Assembly: GCA_964016885.1 (NCBI GenBank)
Contig: OZ024742.1
Location: 357,492,001 to 357,556,000 of the forward strand
Source: Eledone cirrhosa
Taxonomy: Eukaryota
Length of the DNA: 64,000 nt
Reading direction: 5' to 3'
Below the pieces are notes generated by a model that saw only the letters and a list, made by a program, of their open reading frames with translations, did no database searches and was not told the origin of the DNA. Below are positions 36,001 to 47,650 of this stretch, in pieces. A program made the position numbers and the translations under genes. Numbering within the stretch: the stretch's first letter is position 1; each line of letters opens with the position of its first letter.

Positions 36001-39000
36001 ATATGTACGTCATCTAGATGTATTCTATACATATATAATTTTAATCTAGATGTATTCTATACATATGAATGTCGTCTAGATGTATTCTAAACATAAGTAA
36101 TTCATCTAGATGTATTCTATACACGTGTATGTCATCTAGATGTATTCTATACATATATATGTCATCCAGATGTCTTCTATACATATATATGTCACCTAGA
36201 TGTATTCTATACATATGTATGTCATCTAGATGTATTCTATATATATATATGTCATCTAGATGTATTCTATACATATATATGTCACCTAGATGTATTCTAT
36301 ACATATATATGTCATCTAGATATATTCTATACATATATATGTCATCTAGATGTCTTCTATACAAATATATGTCATCTAGATGTATTCTATACATATATAT
36401 GTCATCTAGATGTATTCTCTATATATATATGTCATCTAGATGTATTCTATACATATATATGTCATCTAGATATATTCTATACATATATACGTCATCTAGA
36501 TGTATTCTATACATATGTCATCCAGATGTATTCTATATATATATATTTCATCCATATGTATTCTATACACATGTATGTCATCTAGATGTATTCTATTCAC
36601 ATGTATGTCATCCAGATGTATTATCTTCACATGTATGTCATCCAGATGTATTCTCTTCACATGTATGTCATCCAGATGTATTCTATACATATGTATGTCA
36701 TCCAGATGTATTCTATACATATGTATATCATCTAGATGTATTCTATACATATGTACGTCATCCAGATGTATTCTATACATATATATGTAATCTAAATGTA
36801 TTCTATACATATGTACGTCATCCAGATGTATTCTATACTTATATATGTCATCTTGATGTATTCTATACATATATATGTCATCTAGATGTATTCTATACAA
36901 ATATATGTCATCCAGATGTCTTCTATGCATATATATGTCATCTAGATGTATTCTATACATATGTATGTCATCTAGTTTTTTTCTATACATATGTACGTAA
37001 TTCAGATGTATTCTATACATATATATGTCATCCAGATGTATTCTATATATTATATATATGTCATCTAGATGTATTCCACACATATATATTTATTCTAGAT
37101 GTATTTTATACATATCTATGTCATCTAGATGTATTCTATACATATATATGTCATCTATATGTATTCTATACATATATATATATATGTTATCTAGATGTAT
37201 TCTATACATATGTATGTCATCCAGATGTATTCTATACATATATATGTCATCTAGATGTATTCTATACATATGTATGTCATCTAGATGTATTCTATACATA
37301 TATATGTCATCCAGATGTATTCTATACATACATATGTCATCTAGATGTATTCTATACATATGTATGTCATCTCGGTGTATTCTATACATATGTATGTCAT
37401 CTAGATGTATTGTATACATATGTATGTCATCTAGATCTATTCTATACATATATATGTCATCCAGATGTATTCTATACATATATATATCATCTAGATGTAT
37501 TCTATACATATGTACGTGATCCAGATGTATTCTATACATATATATGTCATCTAGATGTATTCTATACATATATATGTCATCTAGATGTATTCTATACATA
37601 TGTACGTGATCCAGATGTATTCTAAACACATGTATGTCATCTAGATGTATTCTATACATATATATGTCATCTAGATGTATTCTATACATATATATGTCAT
37701 CTAGATGTATTCTATACATATGTACGTGATCAAGATGTATTCTATACATATGTATGTCATCTAGATGTATTCTATACATAAGTATGTCATCCAGATGTAT
37801 TCTATTCACATGTATGTCATCCAGATGTATTCTGTACACATGTATGTCATCTAGATGTATTCTATTCACATGTATGTCATCTAGATGTATTCTATACATA
37901 TGTACGTCATCCAGATGTATTCTATACATATACATGTCATCCAGATGTATTCTATACATATATATGTCATCCAGATGTATTCTATACATATGTACGTCAT
38001 CTAGAAGAATTCTATACATATATATGTCATCAAGATGTATTCTATACATATATATGTTAACTAGATGTATTCTATACATATGTATGTCATCCAGATATAT
38101 TCTATACATATGTATGTCATCTAGATTTATTCAATACATATGTACGTCATCCAGATGTATTCTATACATATATATGTCATCTAGATGTATTCTATACATA
38201 TATATGTCATCTAGATGTATTCTATGCATATATATGTCATCTAGATGTCTTCTATATATTATATATATGTCATCTAGATGTATTCTATACATATATATGT
38301 CAACTAGATGTATTCTATACATATGTATGTCATCTAGATGTATTCTATATATATATATGTCATCTAGATGACTTCTATACATATATATGTCATCTAGAAG
38401 TATTCTATACATATATATATCGTCTAGATGTATTCTATACACATGTATGTCATCCAGATGTATTCTATACATACATATGTCATCTAGAAGTATTCTATAC
38501 ATATGTATATCATCTAGATGTATTCTATACACATGTATGTCATTCAGATGTATTCTATACATATATATGTCATCTAGATGTATTCTATACATATGTATGT
38601 CATGTAGATGTATTCTATACATATGTATGTCATCTGGATGTATTCTATACATATGTATCTCATCTAGATTTATTCTATACATATATATGTCATCTAGATG
38701 TATTCTATACATATATAATTGTAATCTAGATGTATTCTATACACATGTATGTCATCTAGATGTATTCTATACATATGTATGTCATCTAGATGTCTTCTAT
38801 ACATATATATGCCATCCAGATTTATTCTATACATATATATGTCATCTAGATGTATTCTATACATATGTATGTCATCTAGATGTATTCTATACATATGTAC
38901 GTCATCCAGATGTATTCTATACATATATATGTCATCCAGATGTATTCTATACATATGTTTCTCATCTAGATGTATTCTATATATATATATATGTCATCCA

Positions 39001-40790
39001 GATGTATTCTATACATATGTATGTCATCCAGATGTATTCTATACATATATATGTCATCTAGATGTATTCTATACATATATATGTCATCCAGATGTCTTCT
39101 ATACATATATATGTCATCTAGATGTATTCTATACATATATACGTCATCTAGATGTATTCTATACATATGTCATCCAGATGTATTCTATACATATATATGT
39201 CATCCATATGTATTCTATACACATTTATGTCATCTAGATGTATTCTATTCACATGTATGTCATCCAGATGTATTATCTTCTCATGTATGTCATCCAGATG
39301 TATTGTCTTCACATGTATGTCATCCAGATGTATTCTATACATATGTATGTCATCCAGATGTATTCTATACATATGTATATCATCTAGATGTATTCTATAC
39401 ATATGTATGTCATCCAGATGTATTCTATACATATGTATGTCATCTAGATGTATTTTCTTCACATGTATGTCATCCAGATGTATTCTCTTCACATGTATGT
39501 CATCCAGATGTATTCTATACATATATATGTCATCCAGATATATTCTATACATATATATGTCATCTAGATGTATTCTATACATATATATGTCTTCCAGATG
39601 TCTTCTATACATATATATGTCATCTAGATGTATTCTATACATATATACGTCATCTAGATGTATTCTATACATATGTCATCCAGATGTATTCTATACATAT
39701 ATATGTCATCCATATGTATTCTATACACATTTATGTCATCTAGATGTATTCTATTCACATGTATGTCATCCAGATGTATTATCTTCACATGTATGTCATC
39801 CAGATGTATTCTCTTCACATGTATGTCATCCAGATGTATTCTATACATATGTATATCATCTAGATGTATTCTATACATATGTATGTCATCCAGATGTATT
39901 CTATACATATGTATGTCATCTAGATGTATTTTCTTCACATGTATGTCATCCAGATGTATTCTCTTCACATGTATGTCATCCAGATGTATTCTATACATAT
40001 ATATGTCATCCAGATATATTCTATACATATATATGTCATCTAGATGTATTCTATACATATGTATGTCATCCAGATGTATTCTATACATATGTATGTCATC
40101 TAGATGTATTCTATACATATGTATATCATCCAGATGTATTCTATACATATGTCATCCAGATGTATTCTATACATATGTATGTCATCCAGATGTATTCTAT
40201 ACATATGTACGTCATCTAGATGTATTCTATACATATGTATATCATCCAGATGTATTCTATACATATGTCATCCAGATGTATTCTATACATATGTATGTCA
40301 TCCAGATGTATTCTATACATATGTCATCCAGATGTATTCTATTCAAATGTTTGTCATCTAGATGTATTCTATACATATATATGTCATCTAGATGTATTCT
40401 ATACATATGTATGTCATCCAGATGTATTCTATTCACATGTATGTCATCTAGATGTATTCTATACATATATATGTCATCTAGATGTATTCTATTCACATGT
40501 ATGTCATCTAGATGTATTCTATACATATATATGTCATCTAGATGTATTCTATACATATTTATGTCATCTAGATATATTCTATACATATGTACGTCATCCA
40601 GATGTATTCTATTCCCATGTATGTCATCTAGATGTATTCTATACATATGTACGTCATCCAGATGTATTCTATTCACATGTATGTCATCCAGATGTATTCT
40701 ATACATATATATGTCATCTAGATGTATTCTATACATAAATATGTCATCTAGATGTATTCTATTCACATGTACGTCATCGAGATATTTTCC
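1..40790. repeat. Satellite DNA array, 30-bp monomer CATCYAGATGTATTCTATACATATRTATGT, about 1,360 copies, open at the left window edge
   Basis: Continuous head-to-tail 30-bp periodicity in one orientation. Length variants of 15, 26, 28-29, 32-33 and 36-38 bp mostly come from TA slippage. No foreign insertion seen. Confidence 0.99.
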
Positions 40791-41085
40791 ATATAGTTAT
40801 ACTTTTATATAAATTCCTTCTATGTCAATCCCGTAGATGTATAAAATTTAGATGTTTTCTGTTCCGATTTACTTCCTTTAGATGGATTCTGTGTAGATGT
40901 ACGCCATAGAAATTAATTCTATGTAGATGTACTTTACCGTAGATATCCTTTGTATATTTAGATCTATTCAGTGTAGACAGAGTTCACTGTGTCAAACTTC
41001 CTATGCCATATACTTCATGGATGTTCACTTCTAGGAGATGTACTTCATATAGGTAAATATACTTCATAAATGTAGTCTGTGTACA
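40790..41085. repeat. Degenerate satellite margin (TAGATGT-like relics at roughly 13-19 bp spacing)
   Basis: For example tagatggattctgtg/tagatgtacgcca/tagaaattaattctatg/tagatgtactttaccg at 40878-40940. Confidence 0.6.
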
Positions 41086-41528
41086 TCAGGGTTTCCTAAC
41101 TTGTGCAATATCACCCACCGTTGGGCAATATCGACATTGACTTTGGTATGTGAAGCAAATGATCATATGACACTCTCTCTCTCAGCAGGACTACAGCATC
41201 ATCTTCTAATGATGATTAGGAAATGAAGGCAAAGTGAGAAGAACAACATTCTAGAAAGAAACTAAAAGTAAAAACAAGAAAGATCCTTCATTATGAAGAA
41301 TAAACCTAAGATGAAGACAACTAAAAAATTCAAGTTGTTGCCTAACACTATCGACATTGTTTTTATAGTAGTTTGTTGAGAATACAAATTAAATAGATGA
41401 GCTAAACAATGTAAAAGCATAAGTTAAATAGATGAGCAGACCTGCAAACAGATAAAATCCTATTATCTAAACTATACCAGAAATAAGATGTTCATGAGGA
41501 AATAAAATATTATTTTTACCAAATATAC

Positions 41529-41738
41529 TTAAACTGGCCGTATCCAGCCAGAATTCTTTCACCTCTTTCTGTTCAAACTGGCTGTAACTGGCCACTCATA
41601 CTGATGTCAAGCTATTGTTCTCAAAATAAATAATATCAACATCTCATAGATTCAATATTATGTGAGATAATTATGGGAGGTAAAGCCTTTACTGTGAAAA
41701 TATAATAGTAAATATAGAGTAATGTAAATGCTATAGGG
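41529..41738. mobile_element. Degenerate copy of the piggyBac-type MITE (left TIR lost)
   Basis: Colinear similarity to 49581-49793. Ends in TAAATGCTATAGGG. Confidence 0.8.
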
Positions 41739-42010
41739 TTGAATAAAAGCCAGGACATCTACCTATGTTACCTACTCTCACACCTGAACTACTTGCAGTA
41801 TAATGCTGTTTGGTATCTGGATGAAGTGAGTAAGGGAGTGTGAAAAGGATTGAAGTTATAGTAGGGTCGGCCTAGTCAAGGTGGACTAAAATTTTAATAA
41901 TATCTTGCTTAAATTAAATAAGTTTTATATGGCTGAAAAAGAAACATGTTTTATAAGAAGAAAAAGCCAATTTCACTGACTAGAAACATTCCAGTGATTT
42001 TTTAATAAGT

Positions 42011-42210
42011 AATCCCAGTGGAAGGAAGCTGCAGTAGAGGAAGTTCAAGGAAGACCTGGATGAATGTAGTAAGAGCTGATCTAAGATCGGTAAAACTCAT
42101 GGAAGAGATGACAAAGGAATGTGACAAAGAGAGAGAGAGAGGCTGTATTGAGAAGGACCTGTCCAACCCAAGCAAGCAAGGAACAACAGACGTAAAATGA
42201 TGATGATGAT
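42011..42210 (+). mobile_element. RTE LINE 3' fragment (subfamily A, ORF runs into the tail)
   Basis: Translates IPVEGSCSRGSSRKTWMNVVRADL, homologous to the C-terminus at 43692-44126. Ends GACGTAAAA(TGA)n. Confidence 0.85.
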
Positions 42211-42907
42211 AAACAACAACAACAGCAACAATATCTTTGGCACAGACACCTTGAGCAAAAGTACAAAGAAAACGATATTTTTTAAATGTCAGCTTTGCCA
42301 GTGTTGCAAGTATTTTTTTATAGCAAATTGTTTGAGATTGCTGGAAGACTAAAGAAGTTTCTAGGCATTTATACATTTACGCCATTCTGCCTGCTGGGTC
42401 ACTATTTTATATTTGTTATGCTCTCTTATTTATTTATTTATTAAATTTAAATGTATGTATAGAACTAGTAAGTCATGGCAGACTAGAGGAAGTATTGAGT
42501 ACTCCTTACAGTTGCTAATCAAAATGAGCTAGTGAGACAAATAATAAAAAAATAGTTTAAAAAAGGAGGAAAAATAAAATAAAATAAAAATAAGAATTCA
42601 AATCTTATATTTTGTGTTCCTTTTTCCTTCTTTTTATTTCATATTGCAATTCGCATAGTTAAATTTTTATATTTTTAATTCTTTAATTTTTCAAATTTTG
42701 TTATATATTCTGGTAAATATAATTATTAATCAATGGAAAAAATTATAAAACATGTGAAAGGATTATTTATTTCATATCAGAGATAGGAAAGGTTAAAAAA
42801 TTTGTGAACTTTAATTATCTAAATTAAAACTTTAATATTTTTTCTGGAAAATTCTGTTTAATTTTATGTAATTTCAAGTTTTATGTAATTTCAAGTTTTA
42901 ACTTAAT

Positions 42908-42943
<36 letters not shown>

Positions 42944-42947
<4 letters not shown>

Positions 42948-43243
42948 AAGCATATAGACAATATTCCCCCACACCCTCCCACTGAAAAGTGGTCGTGGAG
43001 GTGCCACGGCAAAAAACCACCCAGCCCACACTGTAAAGTGGACGTGTAGGCGCCATGGTAGAAAAGCACCCTCCACTCACTGTAAATGAGGAAGGGCATC
43101 CAGCTGTAGAAATCAAGCCAGAATCAGTTCCCGTATGAGCAAGTCAAGGTCAGCCGATTGGACACTGCCCACAACAGCACAACCCGTCTAACCCATGCTA
43201 GCGTGGAAGAATGGACGTAAAACGGTGATGATGATGATGATGA
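42944..43243 (+). mobile_element. RTE 3'UTR fragment (subfamily B), 5'-truncated, next to (TA)n
   Basis: Closely matches 58067-58377. Has the terminal stem-loop and (TGA)n tail. Confidence 0.85.
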
Positions 43244-43265
43244 TTAAACTGATGTAAAAACATTG

Positions 43266-43345
43266 ATGATGAGCAAAACATGGTCCTCTGACCTGGCTTG
43301 TCTCACAATGGGACAACTCGTCTAACCCATGCTAACATGGAAAAG
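43266..43345 (+). mobile_element. Short degenerate RTE 3' terminus
   Basis: cgtctaacccatgctaacatggaaaagcg matches the terminal motif of the other RTE copies. Confidence 0.6.
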
Positions 43346-43386
43346 CGTCATTAAACCATCATCATAATATATATATATATATATAT

Positions 43387-43620
43387 ATTGTTATACTTTG
43401 GGAGGGTCATATTGTTGTAATAATATTGCCAGAAATAATAACAGAACACATAAGAACATTTTTAACCCATGGTCAATCAATGTTAAACATTGATTGCCAA
43501 ATAAATTAACTATGGAAATATAAAAGATACAGAAGCAAAACCAACCAAACCGTGAGTGTGTTCTGTTATTATATCTGGCAATATTATTACAACAATATGA
43601 CCTTCCCCAAGTATAACAAT
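43387..43620. repeat. Fold-back/MITE-like element with 64-bp inverted arms
   Basis: 43387-43450 is the reverse complement of 43557-43620 with 3 mismatches. It abuts (TA)n, and a related copy lies at 51075-51170. Confidence 0.85.
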
Positions 43621-43675
43621 ATTTGTTTTGACACACGATTTAATATAAAAAACCTTGCAAAACAAATATATATAT

Positions 43676-44127
43676 CATCATCATCATCCTTTTACGTCCG
43701 CTTTTCCCTGCTTGCAAGGGTGGGACGGATCCTATTCAGCACAGCATCTCTCCACTTGTCACGGTCCTTCATCATCTCCTCCGTGAGCTTCAGCCATCTG
43801 AGGTCTGCTCTCACCACCTCCGTCCATGTTTTTCCTGGTCTTCCTCTACTGCATCTTCCTTCTACTGGTATTTCTTGGCACTTCTTTACCCAGCAGTCAT
43901 CCTCCATGCGCATCACATGTCCATACCATCTCAGTCTTCTCTCCCGCACACCACAATTTATCCCTCTTATACCCAGTTTCTTTCTCAACTCATCTATGCT
44001 TGGTCGTTCACGCAAATTGACATTGCACATCCAACGGGGCATGCTTGCTTCATTTCTCTCCAGCCGTTGCATATCCTGTGCAGTTGATGCCCATGTCTCA
44101 CTACCATGCAGCATTGCGCATCTCACA
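43676..44127 (-). mobile_element. RTE LINE 3' fragment (subfamily A), C-terminal 144 aa open
   Basis: Motifs AMLHGSETW, RWMCNV, RRLRWYGHVMRM and RGRPGKTW. Stop is immediately followed by (GAT)n. Flanked by (TA)n on both sides. Confidence 0.93.
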
Positions 44128-44242
44128 TAATATATATATATATTTGTGTGTGTATATAATATAAGTATATAATGTTTGATCCTTCCTTTATTTTTACATA
44201 ACTTCTGTATTTAATCCATGCATATATGTAATGTGTATGATT

Positions 44243-44452
44243 TGGTAGATTGGCAGGATTAGTAAAACGTTGGACAACCTTCTTAGCAGTATAGTTATGG
44301 TCCTTTAATTCTAAATTTAAATTGCACCGAAGTTAGCTTTACCTTTCATCCTTACAGGTTCGATAAAATAAAGCACCAGTAATGCACTGAGGTCAATTTA
44401 ATCAACTTTCTTTCCCCTTCAGATTGCTGGCCGTATGCCTAAAGTAGAAACA
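44243..44452 (+). mobile_element. tRNA-derived SINE, older copy (same family as 52545-52727)
   Basis: Shares cctttcatccttac.gg.tcgataaaataaag.accagtaatgcactg and gcctaaagtagaaac. Has a (TTA)n tail. Confidence 0.8.
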
Positions 44453-44475
44453 ATTATTATTATTATTATTATTGT

Positions 44476-44993
44476 TGTGTTATTTCGTTTAGCTCAGTTC
44501 TGTTTCTTTATTGCCAGGTTCAGGCCTTGAACCTAGGGCTATAGATGTTTTCATTGTAGAGAGAGAACTCATCTGAGAATATGTTTTGTTCCTAGTAGCC
44601 CAATCTTCTGTAGCTCATATTTGCTGATCTTGCAGGTAAGGAAAATTTGCCCTAATAGACACTAAGCTACTACCTGCCGTCTCATGTATTCATGACATAT
44701 TGGAGGGTCCTTGCCATTTCCAGTTGGCATGCCTTTAGGAGTATTCTAAAAAAGGGGGCTGGTTTTTTAACCAGCCATCAGAAACTCTTTGAGATAGTAC
44801 CTAATGCTCCTATGAAGATGGGGATAAACTTGATCTCATGACAGTTCCAAATCCTTTTCAGTTACCAACTTAATTTTCAGTTACCAGTTAATTTTTTCCT
44901 TATCCCTTTCTTGCACTCTTGTGTCAAAGGGGCAAGCTACATTTATAATCAAGCCAGATCTTTTTCCCTTGTCAAAAACCAACAGGTCAGGCC
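44476..44993 (-). pseudogene. R4/Dong-type non-LTR retrotransposon 3' fragment, restriction-like endonuclease domain, decayed
   Basis: Minus strand reads RPDLLVFDK..LIINVACPFDTRVQERDKEK..KRIW..IPIFIGALGTISK, then ELQKIGLLGTKHILR*VLSL. It ends in (TAA)n and contains in-frame stops. Confidence 0.8.
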
Positions 44994-45107
44994 CATTATT
45001 TTTTTTATATCACACAAAGAAAAACCCACACTCTATTGTGCTGTATCATCTTTAATGTTTCCTTAATGTGAGCCCTGTCTGGCTAATAAAGAAATTATCA
45101 TCATTAC

Positions 45108-45108
45108 T

Positions 45109-45171
<63 letters not shown>
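45108..45171. repeat. (TAG)n microsatellite
   Basis: About 21 perfect units. Confidence 0.97.
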
Positions 45172-45172
<1 letters not shown>

Positions 45173-45221
45173 TGTTGTATGTTTGTTTTCTAACTATGAC
45201 ACATGTAAAAAATTTGCCTGT

Positions 45222-45690
45222 TTAACCATTTTACAGTGAGTACTTGGTGCTTTTTGTCATAACACCTCCATAACCATTTTACAATGAGTACTTGGTGCTT
45301 TTTGTCATGATATCTGAGGCACATGGCTTAGTGGTTAGAGCATTGGCATTGCAATCGAAAGGTTGTGAATTCAATTCTCAGATCGGGTGATGTGTTGTTT
45401 CCTTGAGCAAGATACTTTATTTCACATTGTTCCAGTTTACTCAGCTGTTGAAATGAGATGATAGGGACTGGGTCCCTATCATTCCACTGCAAAGTGGTTG
45501 TGGAGGTGCCATGGCAAAAAAGCACCCAGCACTCACTGTAAATGAGGTTGGTGTTAGGAAGGGCATCCAGCTGTAGAAATCAAGCCAGAATCTGTTCCCG
45601 TCCCACCCTTGCAAGCAGGGAAAAGCGGACGTAAAATGATGATGATGATGATGATGATGATGATCTCCATGACCATTTTACAGTGTGGAC
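45222..45690 (-). repeat. Degenerate 47-bp tandem repeat related to the RTE 3'UTR module, interrupted by a SINE
   Basis: accattttaca.tgagtacttggtgctttttgtcat occurs twice at 45225-45308. A third unit starts at ~45665, after the SINE. Confidence 0.7.
45316..45663 (+). mobile_element. Composite tRNA-SINE: pol III head, CORE-like domain, RTE-derived tail
   Basis: A box TGGCTTAGTGG at 45324-45334 and B-box-like GAATTCAATTC at 45367-45377. ccttgagcaagatacttt..ctcagctg..aaatg resembles the CORE domain. The 3' half matches the RTE UTR and terminus, with a (TGA)n tail. Confidence 0.8.
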
Positions 45691-46058
45691 TGTGGATGAC
45701 TGATAAGATGTGAATATTGTCTGTATTCATTCATTTTCCTGTCTATCCCCATATTTTCTATATCAAGTGAGTTCAATTGAATTCTTGAACTGTTAAACTC
45801 CACTTCCACACATTCATAAAGAACATTCATATAAGACATTATAAATAATTAAGGAAATTCAACATACTTGGCCTCCTGTCATTTCACTTCACAATACATT
45901 TACTTTGTTCCCCACAACCACCAACATGATTCAACATCAAAAATAGATGAGTTGCATCACATTAAGTGCTTTTTTTATATTATGTCATGGTTAACATTGC
46001 AGAATGACCAATTCTACCAAGTGGTAAACCACCAAATTTAAAAGTATACATATATATA

Positions 46059-47230
46059 TATATCCAAAATTAAGATAATCAAAATTAAGGGTGTCATGCC
46101 AGAAAGACATGCGCCATATCACCCGCAAAATAAGCCCTAAGATTCTAACGAATAGGTCCGAGCATTTTATAATAACTAGAAATTGATTAACATATAAATA
46201 AACATGAATAATCACAGGAGATAATTTTTACAAGTGTGTAAGTACACATAGCTAGGTAGGTAACTAAATAAAGTTAACCAGAACTTCAAAAATAGATACC
46301 TTATAATACGATTAATCTTCCCTGTATATATTCCATTAAAGAAATATATTTCACCAATTAATCGAATGGTAAACCATGGAGGCCGGTACTTGGATTTTCA
46401 ACAAGGAAGAAGTCCAGCGATCTATGTTTACACTTCAAGTTCAAATCAGCGACTGGCCAGCAACACGTGCTGTATCTACTAGAAATACACACATCATACC
46501 AGCTTCGTCACAGTGGTGTGAATAGGGTTATCGACAACTAGAAACAGTAGTCAAATCTACAATTAAGGAGCCGTATTTATATATCTATATCCAAAATTAA
46601 GATAATCAAAATTATGGGTGTCATGCCAGAAAGACTAGTCATATTATAAGGTATCTATTTTTGAAGTTCTGGTTAACTTTATTTAGTTACCTACCTAGCT
46701 ATGTGTACATACACACTTGTAAAAATTATCTCCTGTGATTATTCATGTTTATTTACCTTTGGCGGTACTCAGTAACAGAGAAGACCCGCCTTACCTAAAT
46801 ATATAGTAAAACCTACTCCAGCCAGTAGGCATCTCTAACAAAATACACCCCGTCCCACCACCCCCACCCCCACCCCATCCACACCACCCCGTTCTATGTA
46901 AAGTTATGTTGGTGCCGCGCCATCCAGGCCGAAACAAATGAGATCGTGTAGGTGTCACGACAAAAAAACACACAGTCCACGCTGTAATGTGGCCGTGTAG
47001 GCAACACGGTAAAAACCTCCCAGACCCACACTGTAAATGTGGTTGGTGTTAGGAAGGGCATCCAACTGTAGAAAACCTGCCAGACAGTCCTATGCGAGCA
47101 AGACAATCACTCTTGCCTCAAGTGGGACTACCCCCGTCCAAACCCATGCAAGCGTGGAACACGGACGTTAAACGTTGATGATGATGATGATGATGATGAT
47201 TTATATGTTAATCAATTTCTAGTTATTATA
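46059..47230. repeat. Direct (50 bp) plus inverted (~140 bp) local duplication, possibly a Penelope-like remnant
   Basis: 46059-46108 matches 46586-46635 with 1 mismatch. 46168-46308 is the reverse complement of 46642-46755 joined to 47199-47230. Confidence 0.8.
46755..47198 (+). mobile_element. 5'-truncated RTE (subfamily C) inserted in the inverted-repeat arm
   Basis: Highly similar to 56242-56654. Has a (TGA)n tail and an apparent ATTTA target duplication. Confidence 0.92.
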
Positions 47231-47369
47231 TATATATATATATATACGTACACACATACATATGTATACTTTTAAGTGGAACAAACATGCAAGTATTAAA
47301 ACAAATATCTAATAACTAACAAAGGGAGGCTATGGAGTATGGAATGAAATTAGACCAACTCAGTGGTTT

Positions 47370-47650
47370 GAATAAAGCGTTCAGATGAAAATTCTGAGAA
47401 TATTACTGAATATGATAGGCATCTGAAAAAGGGCAGAGTGTTCAAAAGTTAAAATGTGTAACTATAACAGCTGATATGGAGACACTAGCCTGAGTATATC
47501 AGTCTATACTAAAGATAACTCCCCTGAAGTAAGACAGAGAGTTAAACAGGTACGATATGAGTATAACAGCTATGATGGAGACACTAGCCTGAATAAATCT
47601 GTGTATAATGATAATTCAGTATGTCGGAAATTAAGACAAAACTTCCTTTC
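47370..47650 (+). mobile_element. Degenerate two-unit tandem repeat, possibly a Penelope-like terminal repeat with decayed hammerhead cores
   Basis: tataacagct..atggagacactagcctga.ta.atc.gt.tata occurs twice (47463 and 47563), each preceded by CTGAA. The family assignment is from resemblance only. Confidence 0.4.

Noticed and set aside
1-40790. CRISPR-like 30-bp partly palindromic repeats
   Set aside because: The repeats are contiguous with no unique spacers, there are no cas genes, and the context is eukaryotic.
114-40812. Many long ORFs of 10-aa repeats (CHLDVFYTYI, MSSRCILYIY, MYRIHLDDIY)
   Set aside because: A 30-bp unit is stop-free in several frames by chance. The ORFs overlap on both strands and shift frame freely at TA-slippage indels, so there is no sign of coding constraint.
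41087-41150. CAGGGTTTCCTAACTT resembling a hAT MITE terminus
   Set aside because: No matching second TIR or 8-bp TSD found.
45316-45390. Possible tRNA gene (A/B boxes)
   Set aside because: No full cloverleaf, and it is fused to a SINE body and LINE tail.
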